Shown here: piece after piece, positions 16,562-26,161 of the stretch
Layout of the letters: each line of letters starts with the position of its first letter
Position numbering within the stretch: position 1 is the first letter of the stretch
Virus record (IMG/VR): IMGVR_UViG_3300037484_000648
Coordinates: 1 to 32,606 of that record
DNA length: 32,606 nucleotides
Direction: 5' to 3' (one strand)
From: a virus
Lineage: Duplodnaviria; Caudoviricetes
Notes under the pieces: model-generated
The model's database searches: none
Told to the model about the DNA's origin: nothing
The model's input: the letters and a program-made list of their open reading frames with translations, nothing else
Translations under genes and position numbers: made by a program

Positions 16562-17850
16562 TTCACCCTGTTCCCCGCGGCGTCGAATTCCTGAATCGAA
16601 CCGTCAGGCATCTTGACCTTTTTCGCTGTCACTCCTGGCTTCACGAGCGCGGCCGCGGGGGGCTTCGACGGAGCTCCCGGATTCTTGGCCTTCCAGTCCT
16701 CTTGCGCCTTCGCAACCGCGTTCGCCGGCGTCATCGTCCTGGAATAGTCCTGCGCCTTCCGCTTCACGAAATCGTATTCTTTCCGCTGATCGACCGACAA
16801 CGATTCGCGGAGCCTCGCATCGTTCACGGTGCCGCCGTACTGATCGGTGTTGCCGAGCATCACCATCATGCCTTTCAGCTCTTCCATGCCGGCCGGACCC
16901 TTCGCTGTCAGGTTCTCCCGGCCGGAGGGAAGGTACGCCGCCACCAATTCCCGGTTCACTTGGCCGATCGCGCCGACCTTGCCCGGGCCGCTGTCGGTTC
17001 CTCCACCGGATCCCGGCCCACGATGCCAGTTTTCGAGATCCTTGCGCGTGGGACCGGCCTCCCCGAAGGAGTTGTACCATTCGGTGAAGGCATCTGTTTT
17101 GGCGGCCTTCTCCGGCTTTGCCATCGCCACCAGCCCCGTCTGCATTTTATTGAACATGCGGACGGTCGTTTTCGGGTCGATGCCGTAATGCTTCGCCACG
17201 GCGGGGTCGATTGGAACGTCGAGGACGGCATTTTCCGCTGCCGTCGCCTTGCGCGCCTCTGCTTGGGATTCCGCGGTCAGCCGACGAGTCTCCGCTACAT
17301 CGCGGTAATACTGGCCCTTGTCCTCCGCTGCTGTCCGGCGATCCTCGCGCGCCAGGGTATGCTCTTCGGCCGTCTGTTTCATCAATTCGTCTTTCCTCTT
17401 CGCCTCGAGTGCCGTCTCGTAATACTTGATGCCTGTGAGTCCGGCATTTCCGAGGATTTCCGTGTTGCTGTACGGCACTTGGCGAGGGGGAGTCGCCATC
17501 ATCGAAAGGCCAGCCGCGAGAAGCCCCATTTTCGCGGGGTCCTTCAACCCTTCGCCCACTCGAGAAAGTCCCGAATTGAATCGATCGGTCAGCGAGGGAG
17601 GCGCCCCGGGGGTGGGGCCGGTCCATTGGTCTTGATTGCCCTCGGCCACGTCGAGGGCGTGTTCCTCTTGAAACTGTGGATCCGCTGCCGGAGAAATGGC
17701 AGGTGCCGAGGGGATCGGTGTCGGAGACGCCGGCAGACTTGTTTCAGGAGAGGCGGCGGGAGTCGTCAGCGAATACTTCTTCGGCTTAACGTACCGATCA
17801 TACCAATCCTGGAAAAGCCCCGATCCTTGAGACGTGCCGAGTTCTGCCAT
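16558..17850 (-). CDS. Putative internal virion/ejection protein
   Basis: Position in the cluster; MGLLAAGLSMMA hydrophobic patch followed by a coiled coil; GGGGGAG RBS before ATG 17850. Confidence 0.65.
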   Translation of the reverse strand: MAELGTSQGSGLFQDWYDRYVKPKKYSLTTPAASPETSLPASPTPIPSAPAISPAADPQFQEEHALDVAEGNQDQWTGPTPGAPPSLTDRFNSGLSRVGEGLKDPAKMGLLAAGLSMMATPPRQVPYSNTEILGNAGLTGIKYYETALEAKRKDELMKQTAEEHTLAREDRRTAAEDKGQYYRDVAETRRLTAESQAEARKATAAENAVLDVPIDPAVAKHYGIDPKTTVRMFNKMQTGLVAMAKPEKAAKTDAFTEWYNSFGEAGPTRKDLENWHRGPGSGGGTDSGPGKVGAIGQVNRELVAAYLPSGRENLTAKGPAGMEELKGMMVMLGNTDQYGGTVNDARLRESLSVDQRKEYDFVKRKAQDYSRTMTPANAVAKAQEDWKAKNPGAPSKPPAAALVKPGVTAKKVKMPDGSIQEFDAAGNRVK

Positions 17851-17863
17851 GATGCTCCCCCCT

Positions 17864-18697
17864 CTATCCGAATAACCAGCCGGCAATACCGCCCACGACA
17901 AACCCGATCACTGCGCCCCACGGTCCACCGATTTGTGCTCCAATCATGGCGCCCGATACCGCCCCGCCAACGGCGCTCATAGTCTTGTTCCCCTTCGGGT
18001 CGGTAGAAATCGTTGTCTGTTGGCTCCCGGTAAGTGCCCGGAGCATATTCCCGAAGATTTCGAGGTTTGCCACGCCCATTTCCTGCTGTTCGATGAACAG
18101 CTTGTGATTCAGGACGTACGAATTCTGAATATATTCCCGATTGGCCAGTCCCGCTTTGCGCAGCGTCTCCGCGTCGATGACGGGATGCTTCCCCATTTCC
18201 ACTCCGTAAGCGAGGGCGTGATCGAGAAACACCCGTTCCTTCGAGTAATTGTCTGCCTCGATCGCCGCCGTGATCCGCGCGTTGAACGTGGCGGGGTATC
18301 CCGCTGCCAGGGATTGCGCGAGGAACGTCGAATCCGGATCCCCAACGTACCGCGCCTTCTTCCCGATTCTCGAGCTCACCGATCCGAAATCCGTGGTTGA
18401 GTTCCCCGTGACGAGCGCAAGGGCGTCGATGAATTCCTGCTTCGTCCCGGCCAGCCTGTTCCCCTGGATCACATCCTTGATGAAATCCGTCGCCTTGGAA
18501 ATCACAAGGTCGCCCGTCTCCCCGCGGGTTGCCAGCGCCGCGATCCCGTCGGCTTCGTTCTGCGGCTGGTCGGCCACGATCTGCCCCGTATAGGACACAA
18601 GCGCCGGCAGAGTCCAGAGATCGTACGCCCTCTGTGCATATAGCTTGACGTAATTTTGAGCCCAATCCGGGACGGTTACGATGGTGTTCGTTGACAT
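17864..18697 (-). CDS. DNA ejection/pilot protein (paralog B)
   Basis: C-terminal Gly-zipper GGAVSGAMIGAQIGGPWGAVIG; similar to 18699-19721. Confidence 0.7.
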   Translation of the reverse strand: MSTNTIVTVPDWAQNYVKLYAQRAYDLWTLPALVSYTGQIVADQPQNEADGIAALATRGETGDLVISKATDFIKDVIQGNRLAGTKQEFIDALALVTGNSTTDFGSVSSRIGKKARYVGDPDSTFLAQSLAAGYPATFNARITAAIEADNYSKERVFLDHALAYGVEMGKHPVIDAETLRKAGLANREYIQNSYVLNHKLFIEQQEMGVANLEIFGNMLRALTGSQQTTISTDPKGNKTMSAVGGAVSGAMIGAQIGGPWGAVIGFVVGGIAGWLFG

Positions 18698-18698
18698 T

Positions 18699-19721
18699 CT
18701 ATTGTCCGATCATTTCTGGATTGTCCCTATCAAACCCCATCATTTCGGAAGAATAAGCTTTCGATCCCGCCGTGGCTCCCGCTTTTGCAACCGCGGCGTT
18801 CGCGTACGGGTTCATCGTGGTCCCGGAGTACATCGAATAGAGAGACAGCCCCGCGATTGCAAAGCCGGCGATCTGAGAAAGAGCCGAAGGCTTATGGTAC
18901 TGCGTGGTCTGCGTCCTTGTGGTCGAAAGGATCGTCTTGACGGCATTCCCCGCGATATCGAGGTTCCTGATCGGGAGGATCTGCACTTCGTTGTAGCGGT
19001 CCCAAGCGTCCTGGAGCCCACCCTGAGCGTATTCCCGCTCGTACGCGCCAGCCTGTCGAAGCATCTCCCCGTCCCGGATACATTGAAGCCCGTACGGGGT
19101 CGCGTGGGCTACCCCTTGATGCTGCATCTGTCGTTCGGTCAGGTAATCGTCGTAGAACATCTTGGCGATCTCGTTGATCTTCGCCATCATCATCTTCGCC
19201 GCGCGCGCCTCTGCGATGTTGTGGTCACTCCCACCAAAGGAAAAAACGTGCTGGTGCTGGATGACCGGCATAACCTGATCGTCAAATTCCTCGAGAAGCG
19301 CCTCGATCCGCTTGGCATAAAACGCCGCGATCTTGGAGTTCGTATTGATCTTTAACCCATCGTACAGGTCCCGAAGATATGCCTTCCCATCGGCTTCGAC
19401 TTCGGCTCCCATGGTCCCGCGCAGGGCGAGTGCGGCGATCCCCGCCAGCTCATTCGCGTTCTGTGCCGCGTAGGTGAGAGGGGTGTACTCCGAGAAGTTC
19501 CCCGGAGATTGCATCATGTCGATCGCTTGCTGCAAATAGGCCGAGGCCCAAGTCTGAATCCCGGGGATGTACGTCGGCAGGAGATTCGTGTAGCTGACCA
19601 TATCCTGAGAACCGCCGCCGCCGCCGCCCTCGTACTCGATGCGGTCCTCAAAACGCTCCCGCCTCGCGGGGCCTTCCTCGAGGAAAGCGAACAGCCTCCG
19701 GTACGATTCGTTAAGGAACAT
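18699..19721 (-). CDS. DNA ejection/pilot protein (paralog A)
   Basis: N-terminal leader plus GGGGGGSQ; Gln/Ala-rich helices; hydrophobic C-terminal segment. Confidence 0.7.
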   Translation of the reverse strand: MFLNESYRRLFAFLEEGPARRERFEDRIEYEGGGGGGSQDMVSYTNLLPTYIPGIQTWASAYLQQAIDMMQSPGNFSEYTPLTYAAQNANELAGIAALALRGTMGAEVEADGKAYLRDLYDGLKINTNSKIAAFYAKRIEALLEEFDDQVMPVIQHQHVFSFGGSDHNIAEARAAKMMMAKINEIAKMFYDDYLTERQMQHQGVAHATPYGLQCIRDGEMLRQAGAYEREYAQGGLQDAWDRYNEVQILPIRNLDIAGNAVKTILSTTRTQTTQYHKPSALSQIAGFAIAGLSLYSMYSGTTMNPYANAAVAKAGATAGSKAYSSEMMGFDRDNPEMIGQ

Positions 19722-19724
19722 GGT

Positions 19725-20270
19725 CTACCCCCCGAGCTGCTTCCTGTAATTCGAGGTCGTTTCGACGTATCCCATCCGGGAAAAAGCGCCCGAGGCGTCA
19801 TGCCTGGTGCAGAGGGAAATGAACGGGGATCCCATCTTCTTCGCCTCGCCTTCAAGGTACGCAAGGCCAAGCTGCATCATGTTCGATTCCCTGAATTCGG
19901 GCATGATATAGACCGCGAAGATATGGAATCCGGCGTTCCGGAGCGGTTCGATCACCGAGAACCCCACGAAATCCTTCGCCGGCTCCTGCAGCTTCTTTGC
20001 GAACGTCTCCTGGAACTGTTCCGGCTGGATCCCGGTGCGGTCCGCGTATCCCATGTGGAGTTGCTTCCCGCCGTACAGAATATCGTGCATGATCTGTCCA
20101 GCCGTGAATTCCCCCATGGACGCCTCCGCGAGCTCCTTGAGCCCCGGGAGGATGATGGGAGAAACAGCGTTCAGAAGGAACTGATTCAGGCACGGCAACA
20201 GCCCAAGAATAAGCTGCGCCCTGACCTGATTGGGCTTCGGTGCCATTTCGATCACGTTGGAGCTGTTCAT
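19725..20270 (-). CDS. GNAT-fold virion assembly protein
   Basis: FVGFSV..HIFAVYIMPEFRES..AKKMG..FSRMGY; sits between the nozzle and ejection genes as in many podophages. Confidence 0.7.
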   Translation of the reverse strand: MNSSNVIEMAPKPNQVRAQLILGLLPCLNQFLLNAVSPIILPGLKELAEASMGEFTAGQIMHDILYGGKQLHMGYADRTGIQPEQFQETFAKKLQEPAKDFVGFSVIEPLRNAGFHIFAVYIMPEFRESNMMQLGLAYLEGEAKKMGSPFISLCTRHDASGAFSRMGYVETTSNYRKQLGG

Positions 20271-21739
20271 CTTGTTCCTCCAAGTTCGTATTTTATGGTG
20301 TACCCCGACATTGACCAAGGCGTGTCTTTCTGGCTCGAGTAGAACCGGACGCGCACGAATTTCCCCTCCTTTCGGAAATCATCGAAGTCGCACTTCTCTG
20401 AGGACCCAATCGTGAAGGCTACCGGATCCGACCATTTGATATCGTCGGCCAGCCGGTTCCGGACTCCGACCTGTATGAGCAATTCGCAAACCGTTGTCTG
20501 CTCTTTCAGGTCCGGAATGATCTCCGCAACGTGCTTCATCCGGTTCGGCTGATCGAAGTGCATATCCCCGGACTCGATCCGGCCGTCGATCGCCTGAGAC
20601 GCCGATGAAGAAAAATCATTGTCGCCGTAGTCGAGACGCAGAAGATCGCCGTTCGCGTTTCCCACGATTTCGGCCGGAATCTCTGTGGTGTCCGAATCCG
20701 CGTGACAGGTGAAATTCACATCGAGGATCGTCCAATTCTTCAATTCCTCGTTGTAGACGAAAGCGGTATCCGGGACCGTGTTCGATCCGGTCGGGACGCA
20801 AAACCAAACCTCCCCCGTGGACAGCATCGGAAAGACGAAGGCCGCGGCGAGAGCGTCCGGGTTGACGTTATCGAAAAGCTCGTCGCGGATCGGAAGTCCG
20901 ATATCCTCCGTCAGTTGCCCGGAAGTCCGGTGGATATCCTTCTTGCCGATGAAATAGACATGGCCTTTCAGCCGGCAAGCCGCCTTGGGGCCCATGATCT
21001 CCGCTTCCTGGTCGATCAGGCGAAACTGCTTCGTCGCCTGGGAGAAGTCGGAGGACCATATCCCCCGTTCCGTGAAGTAGAAGATCCTCTCGCCGTGGGT
21101 GACTTGCGCGATGATGTTCGCCAGCGCGGAGGCGATAGTATTGTAGTCGAGAATATCGTGATACCCCGCCTTGCCGTCCGTGCCGATCGTCCAATTCTCC
21201 GGGTTCCCGGGCTCGCACCACCGGGTACGCCCTGGGTAGACGAACCCCCCTTCGCTGATGTTCGACGCCACAAGCCGGTGCAGGACGCTCGAGATCCGCT
21301 TGGCGAATGTCGGGGCACCCGACAGGGGTTCGAGGACTCCCGCATAGCTGGCCCACTTCCAGATCGCGTTTTTACCGTTCGTCAGAATCGGAAGGCCAGA
21401 GACGAGGGCGAACTGCCAAACGTCCAAGGCACCGCCCGTGGGGGTGATCGCCGGCGTGATATCCGCGGAGGAACTGAAATCCGTGTTGAAGGCGAATACC
21501 TGGGCGTCACAGCAAACGATCGTCCTCACAACCCCGTCCGTCCCGATGAACGTGAAGGCGTCCCGCACGGGGAGGGCCCCGGCCGTTGTGGTAAGGTACG
21601 TTTTCCCGAGGGACTTGCTGACGTACCCGGGCGTGAAGCGCACATTCCGGCCCATGCTCCATACGACCTTCGAGGACGGAAGTTGAGGCGTCAGCCCCCC
21701 GTCGAGATCGCTGATCGTCTGATCCTTGATCTGTCCCAT
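20267..21739 (-). CDS. Tail nozzle / packaged-DNA stabilisation protein (P22 gp10-like)
   Basis: 490-aa beta-rich protein with NVRF, RTRWCEPGNPENW and GEVWFCVP..AFVYN motifs. Confidence 0.75.
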   Translation of the reverse strand: MGQIKDQTISDLDGGLTPQLPSSKVVWSMGRNVRFTPGYVSKSLGKTYLTTTAGALPVRDAFTFIGTDGVVRTIVCCDAQVFAFNTDFSSSADITPAITPTGGALDVWQFALVSGLPILTNGKNAIWKWASYAGVLEPLSGAPTFAKRISSVLHRLVASNISEGGFVYPGRTRWCEPGNPENWTIGTDGKAGYHDILDYNTIASALANIIAQVTHGERIFYFTERGIWSSDFSQATKQFRLIDQEAEIMGPKAACRLKGHVYFIGKKDIHRTSGQLTEDIGLPIRDELFDNVNPDALAAAFVFPMLSTGEVWFCVPTGSNTVPDTAFVYNEELKNWTILDVNFTCHADSDTTEIPAEIVGNANGDLLRLDYGDNDFSSSASQAIDGRIESGDMHFDQPNRMKHVAEIIPDLKEQTTVCELLIQVGVRNRLADDIKWSDPVAFTIGSSEKCDFDDFRKEGKFVRVRFYSSQKDTPWSMSGYTIKYELGGTR

Positions 21740-22329
21740 CAGGGGCGCTCCTGTACGTTCATCCGGAAGATTTTTTCGTAGACGTACCCCGCGGCCGAGG
21801 TCCCGCGGATCGCCAGGAGGTACGTTTCCCCGTCGAGCCCGACCGCAACCCGCACTCCAACCTTCGGGGAGATAATTTCCGTGAACGGGATCATGGTGCC
21901 CGAAACATCGCTTCCGTCGGCTTCCTTCGTGGCAACCCCCACAACGGACGCAAGCGTGTCGCCAGCCTCAAGGCGCCTTGAAAAATCGAGGTCGAACGAA
22001 AAGGTATCGTCCGGCTGCTTGTTGAAGGTGTCCGTTACGACGGCCTGGATCATCAGAAGCAGATCTCGCTGATACCTGTTCCCTTTGCTGGTGAACACCA
22101 CGCATTGAATGTTGTGCTCGTCGCCCTCCGTCCCGGCCTTCAAGACCACGACCACATCCGAATCGACGGTTGCCTCGCTGTCGATGATCGTGGCGGCGCT
22201 CGATACCCCCGTCGCCGCGGAGACACAGGTGATCGTCCTGGTGGTGATCGTCTCGCCCACGATGAAATCCGTGGAGAAATTGAACTCGACCGGGAATTTC
22301 TCGATCGATGATTTGGTTATCGTGTCCAT
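21739..22329 (-). CDS. Fibre-tail adaptor-like protein with two tandem domains
   Basis: Internal duplication: TITKSSIEKFPVEFNFS..GETI versus TFNKQPDDTFSFDLDFS..GDTL. Confidence 0.65.
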   Translation of the reverse strand: MDTITKSSIEKFPVEFNFSTDFIVGETITTRTITCVSAATGVSSAATIIDSEATVDSDVVVVLKAGTEGDEHNIQCVVFTSKGNRYQRDLLLMIQAVVTDTFNKQPDDTFSFDLDFSRRLEAGDTLASVVGVATKEADGSDVSGTMIPFTEIISPKVGVRVAVGLDGETYLLAIRGTSAAGYVYEKIFRMNVQERP

Positions 22330-22340
22330 GATATATCCTT

Positions 22341-23450
22341 TTAGAATTGCTTTATTGCCATAGAAAAAATGTTACCATAAGTGGAATCCTCCACATTAAA
22401 AGAACCAGAACCGTATTTACGATAAATACCTTGGTCGGTAGTCGGAATTCCTGGATACGCATAAAACATCCCGCAATATATTTCCCCTGTTGGAGCCGCT
22501 GCCATTGCATACCAATCCCTAACCAAAGAATTTATTTGTATAAAATCACCAATTCCGCTGTATCTTACATAAATACCAGCCCCACCCGCACCACCATCAA
22601 TTCCTTTACAGGCATAAATATTCCCATATTTGTCTGCTGCAAGCCCACTCCAATGCTGGATTGTTTGTCCCAAGGCGGTAAGAACCCCACCGGAGTATTT
22701 CCATATATCTCCACCGCTTACGGGAGACGTTTCGGCTATATATATGTCTCCGTTAGGAGCCGCGCATATATTTGTCCATAGTTTCGCCGTTCCTGGAATA
22801 GAAGTAAATACCCCATCGTTTACGGATTTCCATATATATCCACCGTTTTCTTGATCTATTGAATATACGTCTCCATTTGGAGCAGAAGCCATCGCCCCGG
22901 CAAACATTTGGGATGAATGAAACACAAAATCGCCAACACCATTTGTTTGTTTATAAATACCCGTACCATTAACAGAAGCATAGACATGGCCGCTTGCGGC
23001 ACAAGTAATTCCCCACCATACGCGAACGGTTTGATTAAGGTTTACAAATGTTCCCTGTAAGGGGCCAGATCCAGCAATGGATTTATATATACCGTCGCTG
23101 GATCCGCGAACCATATACATTCCACCATGAAAAATCTGAGGATCAGGGCTTGTTGGAGGGTCTGCGCTCAATACAACACCTTTTCCGCACGAAACAAACA
23201 ATTCTACTACGTTACTATAATAGAATGTCGCACCCACATTTGCCCCGACGTAAAACGAGTATATTTTCGACGGATCGAGGTCGGCCGTCAGGTACGAGAA
23301 TCCATTCGTCGTTGCGAGAAGGACGTACTCCTGTCCGGCCGGCTTATTTGATTTCCAGAATATCTTGAAATCAGCGTTTGCTCCATACGTCCACGTTAAT
23401 AGAACCTTCCTTGTTCCAGAGATAGATGCTAAAAGAACAGGATTAGCCAT
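22341..23450 (-). CDS. FN3 plus beta-propeller putative receptor-binding protein
   Basis: LLTWT..LDPSKIYSFYVGA (FN3-like), then repeated W..(I/M)xAAP(N/T)GDIY blades. Confidence 0.75.
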   Translation of the reverse strand: MANPVLLASISGTRKVLLTWTYGANADFKIFWKSNKPAGQEYVLLATTNGFSYLTADLDPSKIYSFYVGANVGATFYYSNVVELFVSCGKGVVLSADPPTSPDPQIFHGGMYMVRGSSDGIYKSIAGSGPLQGTFVNLNQTVRVWWGITCAASGHVYASVNGTGIYKQTNGVGDFVFHSSQMFAGAMASAPNGDVYSIDQENGGYIWKSVNDGVFTSIPGTAKLWTNICAAPNGDIYIAETSPVSGGDIWKYSGGVLTALGQTIQHWSGLAADKYGNIYACKGIDGGAGGAGIYVRYSGIGDFIQINSLVRDWYAMAAAPTGEIYCGMFYAYPGIPTTDQGIYRKYGSGSFNVEDSTYGNIFSMAIKQF

Positions 23451-23763
23451 TACGGGATCTCCGGAAGAAGCGCGTTGTTATCTTCGCCATAGTGAAGCTG
23501 TACTTCATCTTCGACCCGAAATCGAGGCTTACCCTCCACAAGTAATTGAATTCTCGTGCTATATAATGCGCAATCTCCCACATGATTGTGAAATGACGGG
23601 AGACGTAAGCGAGGACGTACCATTGAGCCGCCCACTCCCTCGAGACGCCAAGGAATGTAGACCAAAGGTAATTGATCTCTTTGGAAACACCCCCGAGGTC
23701 ATACCAAAGGACGGTTTTCTCGTTCGAGATGGAATACTCGTCGCGTAGAATGAAAAACGACAT
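23443..23763 (-). CDS. Structural protein with five 14-aa Trp repeats
   Basis: ISNEKTVLWYDLGG / VSKEINYLWSTFLG / VSREWAAQWYVLAY / VSRHFTIMWEIAHY / IAREFNYLWRVSLD; TGATG coupling. Confidence 0.7.
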   Translation of the reverse strand: MSFFILRDEYSISNEKTVLWYDLGGVSKEINYLWSTFLGVSREWAAQWYVLAYVSRHFTIMWEIAHYIAREFNYLWRVSLDFGSKMKYSFTMAKITTRFFRRSRNG

Positions 23764-24254
23764 CAGGGCGCCGATCCAACTGTACAAGTGATCTTACCTG
23801 AATCTGACGCTTGCGCAGCCCCAGGAGCAACCGTACGCTTGAACCAGATCCTTGCCACCCCTCCCGCCGCGATATCGCCCAGGGCGATTGCAGCGGCCAG
23901 GGAGAGGGGTGTCGAGAAGGACAAGCCGGTCGGCGCCGTGTCCTCATCCACCACGCTCTGCGTCCCGGTCGCATCGTAGGCGATCGCCACGGTGGTATCG
24001 GCCGAGGTCGTTTCCTGGCTGATGAACACCACCGCGCCAAAGGCCGTCTCCGCGGAGGCGTTCTTGAACGACAGGGCCCGGTAGTGGACGGCGCCGGCCA
24101 GGGCATCGGCGGGGGATACGTTGTCGAACAGGTTCTCGAGGGTCGCATCGACAAGCTGGACGCTCGAGATCACGCCCCCGAGGGACAGGGCCGGATCCGC
24201 GTTCGCCGCGCCTCCCGTCAGGTGAAACCTTAAATCTCCGCTCACGATCGCCAT
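23763..24254 (-). CDS. Phage structural (tail-associated) protein
   Basis: MAIVSGDL..SLGGVISS..NLFDNVS..YRAL..IWFKRTV pattern typical of phage virion proteins. Confidence 0.75.
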   Translation of the reverse strand: MAIVSGDLRFHLTGGAANADPALSLGGVISSVQLVDATLENLFDNVSPADALAGAVHYRALSFKNASAETAFGAVVFISQETTSADTTVAIAYDATGTQSVVDEDTAPTGLSFSTPLSLAAAIALGDIAAGGVARIWFKRTVAPGAAQASDSGKITCTVGSAP

Positions 24255-24263
24255 GAGATCCCC

Positions 24264-24797
24264 CTACTGATTGATGATGATGAACCTATCCCCTGCCGTG
24301 GGGATCTCCGTGAATCCCGCCGTCACCAGCATCAACTTCGACGTTCCCCCGTACCCGGGCGTGGCGATCTTTTTTACTTGGTTGATGAGCGCGCCGGTGA
24401 TGAATTTCAGGAAAGATCCCGAACAATAATTGTCCGTGGTGGAGGGGAGGTCGGTCTTGAAACTGATGATCGAATTGCTGGCGTCGGCCACGACCAGACC
24501 CGTCTCCGGAACATCGGCCGCGGCGTCCTTTGTTGACTCGTACCCCAGGACAAGACTTGTCGAATCGACCACGATCTCGATGCAGTAGATCGAAGTCGAC
24601 GGAACAACAATCTCCTTGGAGTAATAGGAAGTCGAAGGATCCGAGTCGGCGTACTCGGTGAGAAATTGCTTGCAATCCGTCCCGATGACGCCCCAAGAGA
24701 GCGCGACGAAATCCCAAAACTCCCCGAGCTCGTTTCTGATCCTCGCGTAAAGCGCCGCGTTCCCGAGCCCTGTGGTATACCGGACGAAAGCAATCAT
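24264..24797 (-). CDS. Phage structural protein
   Basis: C-terminal DNYCSGSFLKFITGAL..PTAGDRFII beta domain; in the late operon. Confidence 0.7.
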   Translation of the reverse strand: MIAFVRYTTGLGNAALYARIRNELGEFWDFVALSWGVIGTDCKQFLTEYADSDPSTSYYSKEIVVPSTSIYCIEIVVDSTSLVLGYESTKDAAADVPETGLVVADASNSIISFKTDLPSTTDNYCSGSFLKFITGALINQVKKIATPGYGGTSKLMLVTAGFTEIPTAGDRFIIINQ

Positions 24798-24806
24798 GGC
24801 CGCTCC

Positions 24807-25361
24807 CTAATCGTGGAGATAGAAAATGGAATACACCGAGCTCCGCACGGTGATATTTCTACCCGCGGTGTTGTTCATAACCTCGAATCGAAATGTCTTG
24901 TTCGCCGCGTCTGCCTGTAGGTGTAGAGGGAGAGAAAGCCCCTGGTAATTTGAGGCCCCCGTTGTGGTGACTCCGATGGTATACCCCGAAGCCACGTTGT
25001 CGGTTACGTTGAAGGCCCGCACGAATATATCGTCGCCGCTGGTCCCGGAAATCGAGAGCGTCATATGGCCCATGTAGTCGCCCTTGTTGGACATCACAAG
25101 GTTGTCGTTCGTGACGGTGATTCCGTCTCCGTTGATGGCGACCCATAAATTATCCGTGGCGTTATGAATCGGATACCAGGTCCCGCTTGAGCCGATCGTG
25201 ATGGTCGTGTACGAAAGCTGAAACCCCCCAAAAGAGTGCCAGGTTGTGAGTTGACGAACGGGACCGGGTGCGATCCCCAGGCCGGGAGTCAAAGGGACAG
25301 CCCAAGCAATCGTAGCAATCAACATGACGGCCGCGAGAACGGCCATAATGAATCGTCGCAT
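24807..25361 (-). CDS. Signal-peptide-bearing beta-sandwich protein (C1q/TNF-like inferred)
   Basis: MRRFIMAVLAAVMLIATIAWA signal; GGAGG RBS; GITVTNDNLV..GDY pattern. Confidence 0.75.
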   Translation of the reverse strand: MRRFIMAVLAAVMLIATIAWAVPLTPGLGIAPGPVRQLTTWHSFGGFQLSYTTITIGSSGTWYPIHNATDNLWVAINGDGITVTNDNLVMSNKGDYMGHMTLSISGTSGDDIFVRAFNVTDNVASGYTIGVTTTGASNYQGLSLPLHLQADAANKTFRFEVMNNTAGRNITVRSSVYSIFYLHD

Positions 25362-26146
25362 CAGAATTTCCTCCGCTGCTTTCGGAATTGATAATTGGCG
25401 TTGGCATCGCCGGAATACCAATGATATTTCACATCTATCGGCATCCCGCTCATAGCGAATACGCCGGGATCCATCCTCATGTAGCTCGCCGGACGCCTGA
25501 TCGACAATGCAGCTCCCGTCATGGCGAAAGCTCCTGGTTCGAGGGAAAACGGAGTAAGGGCTTTGGGCATTCCCATGTTTTCCCCGATCATGGTGAAGGC
25601 CCCCGGGCTGGCGATAAGCCGCTTGTTGTGTAAAAGACTTACCGGAGTTCCGGCCACAGAAAACACCCCCGGTTCAAGCGCAAAGGTATAATGCTGCAGG
25701 GGTTCTTCGCCGAACAGATAAAGCTCACATATGGTCGCCCAGGTAGTAACGGCCGATATGTCGAACTTGAAATACCTATACCCTGTGGTTCGGGTCGCGC
25801 AGGTCCAATTTTTCGTCTCTCGAGCTGCCCAGGTTATTAAGGCGCGAGAGTCAATCACGTCATATGTGCTATCATCGTTGCTTCCTGAGAGAGTCCACGT
25901 TTCCGGCCCGACGTTGGCATATTGCATGACCCGAATCGAGTAATTGTCGAGAAGATAGGAAGCGCCGGCTCCAAGGTCAATCTTCCACCAGGCAGGTATG
26001 ACTGTGCATAACCATCCGTTTCCGTCAGCCACATTTCCATCTGCCGGTTTCCAGCCCGGATACCCGGCGTCTGACGATCGAGAGATCGTCATTCCCCCGA
26101 GGGTGTAGCCTGTAAATGTATGCGGCAGGATGTCAACGATCGCCAT
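25361..26146 (-). CDS. Discoidin (F5/8 type C) domain fibre protein with C-terminal PGxFxxxG repeats
   Basis: WWKIDLG, PETWTLSGSND and YRYFKF motifs; four xxxPG(V/A)Fx(M/V)xG repeats. Confidence 0.8.
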   Translation of the reverse strand: MAIVDILPHTFTGYTLGGMTISRSSDAGYPGWKPADGNVADGNGWLCTVIPAWWKIDLGAGASYLLDNYSIRVMQYANVGPETWTLSGSNDDSTYDVIDSRALITWAARETKNWTCATRTTGYRYFKFDISAVTTWATICELYLFGEEPLQHYTFALEPGVFSVAGTPVSLLHNKRLIASPGAFTMIGENMGMPKALTPFSLEPGAFAMTGAALSIRRPASYMRMDPGVFAMSGMPIDVKYHWYSGDANANYQFRKQRRKF

Positions 26147-26161
26147 TCGGTGCTACCTCTT

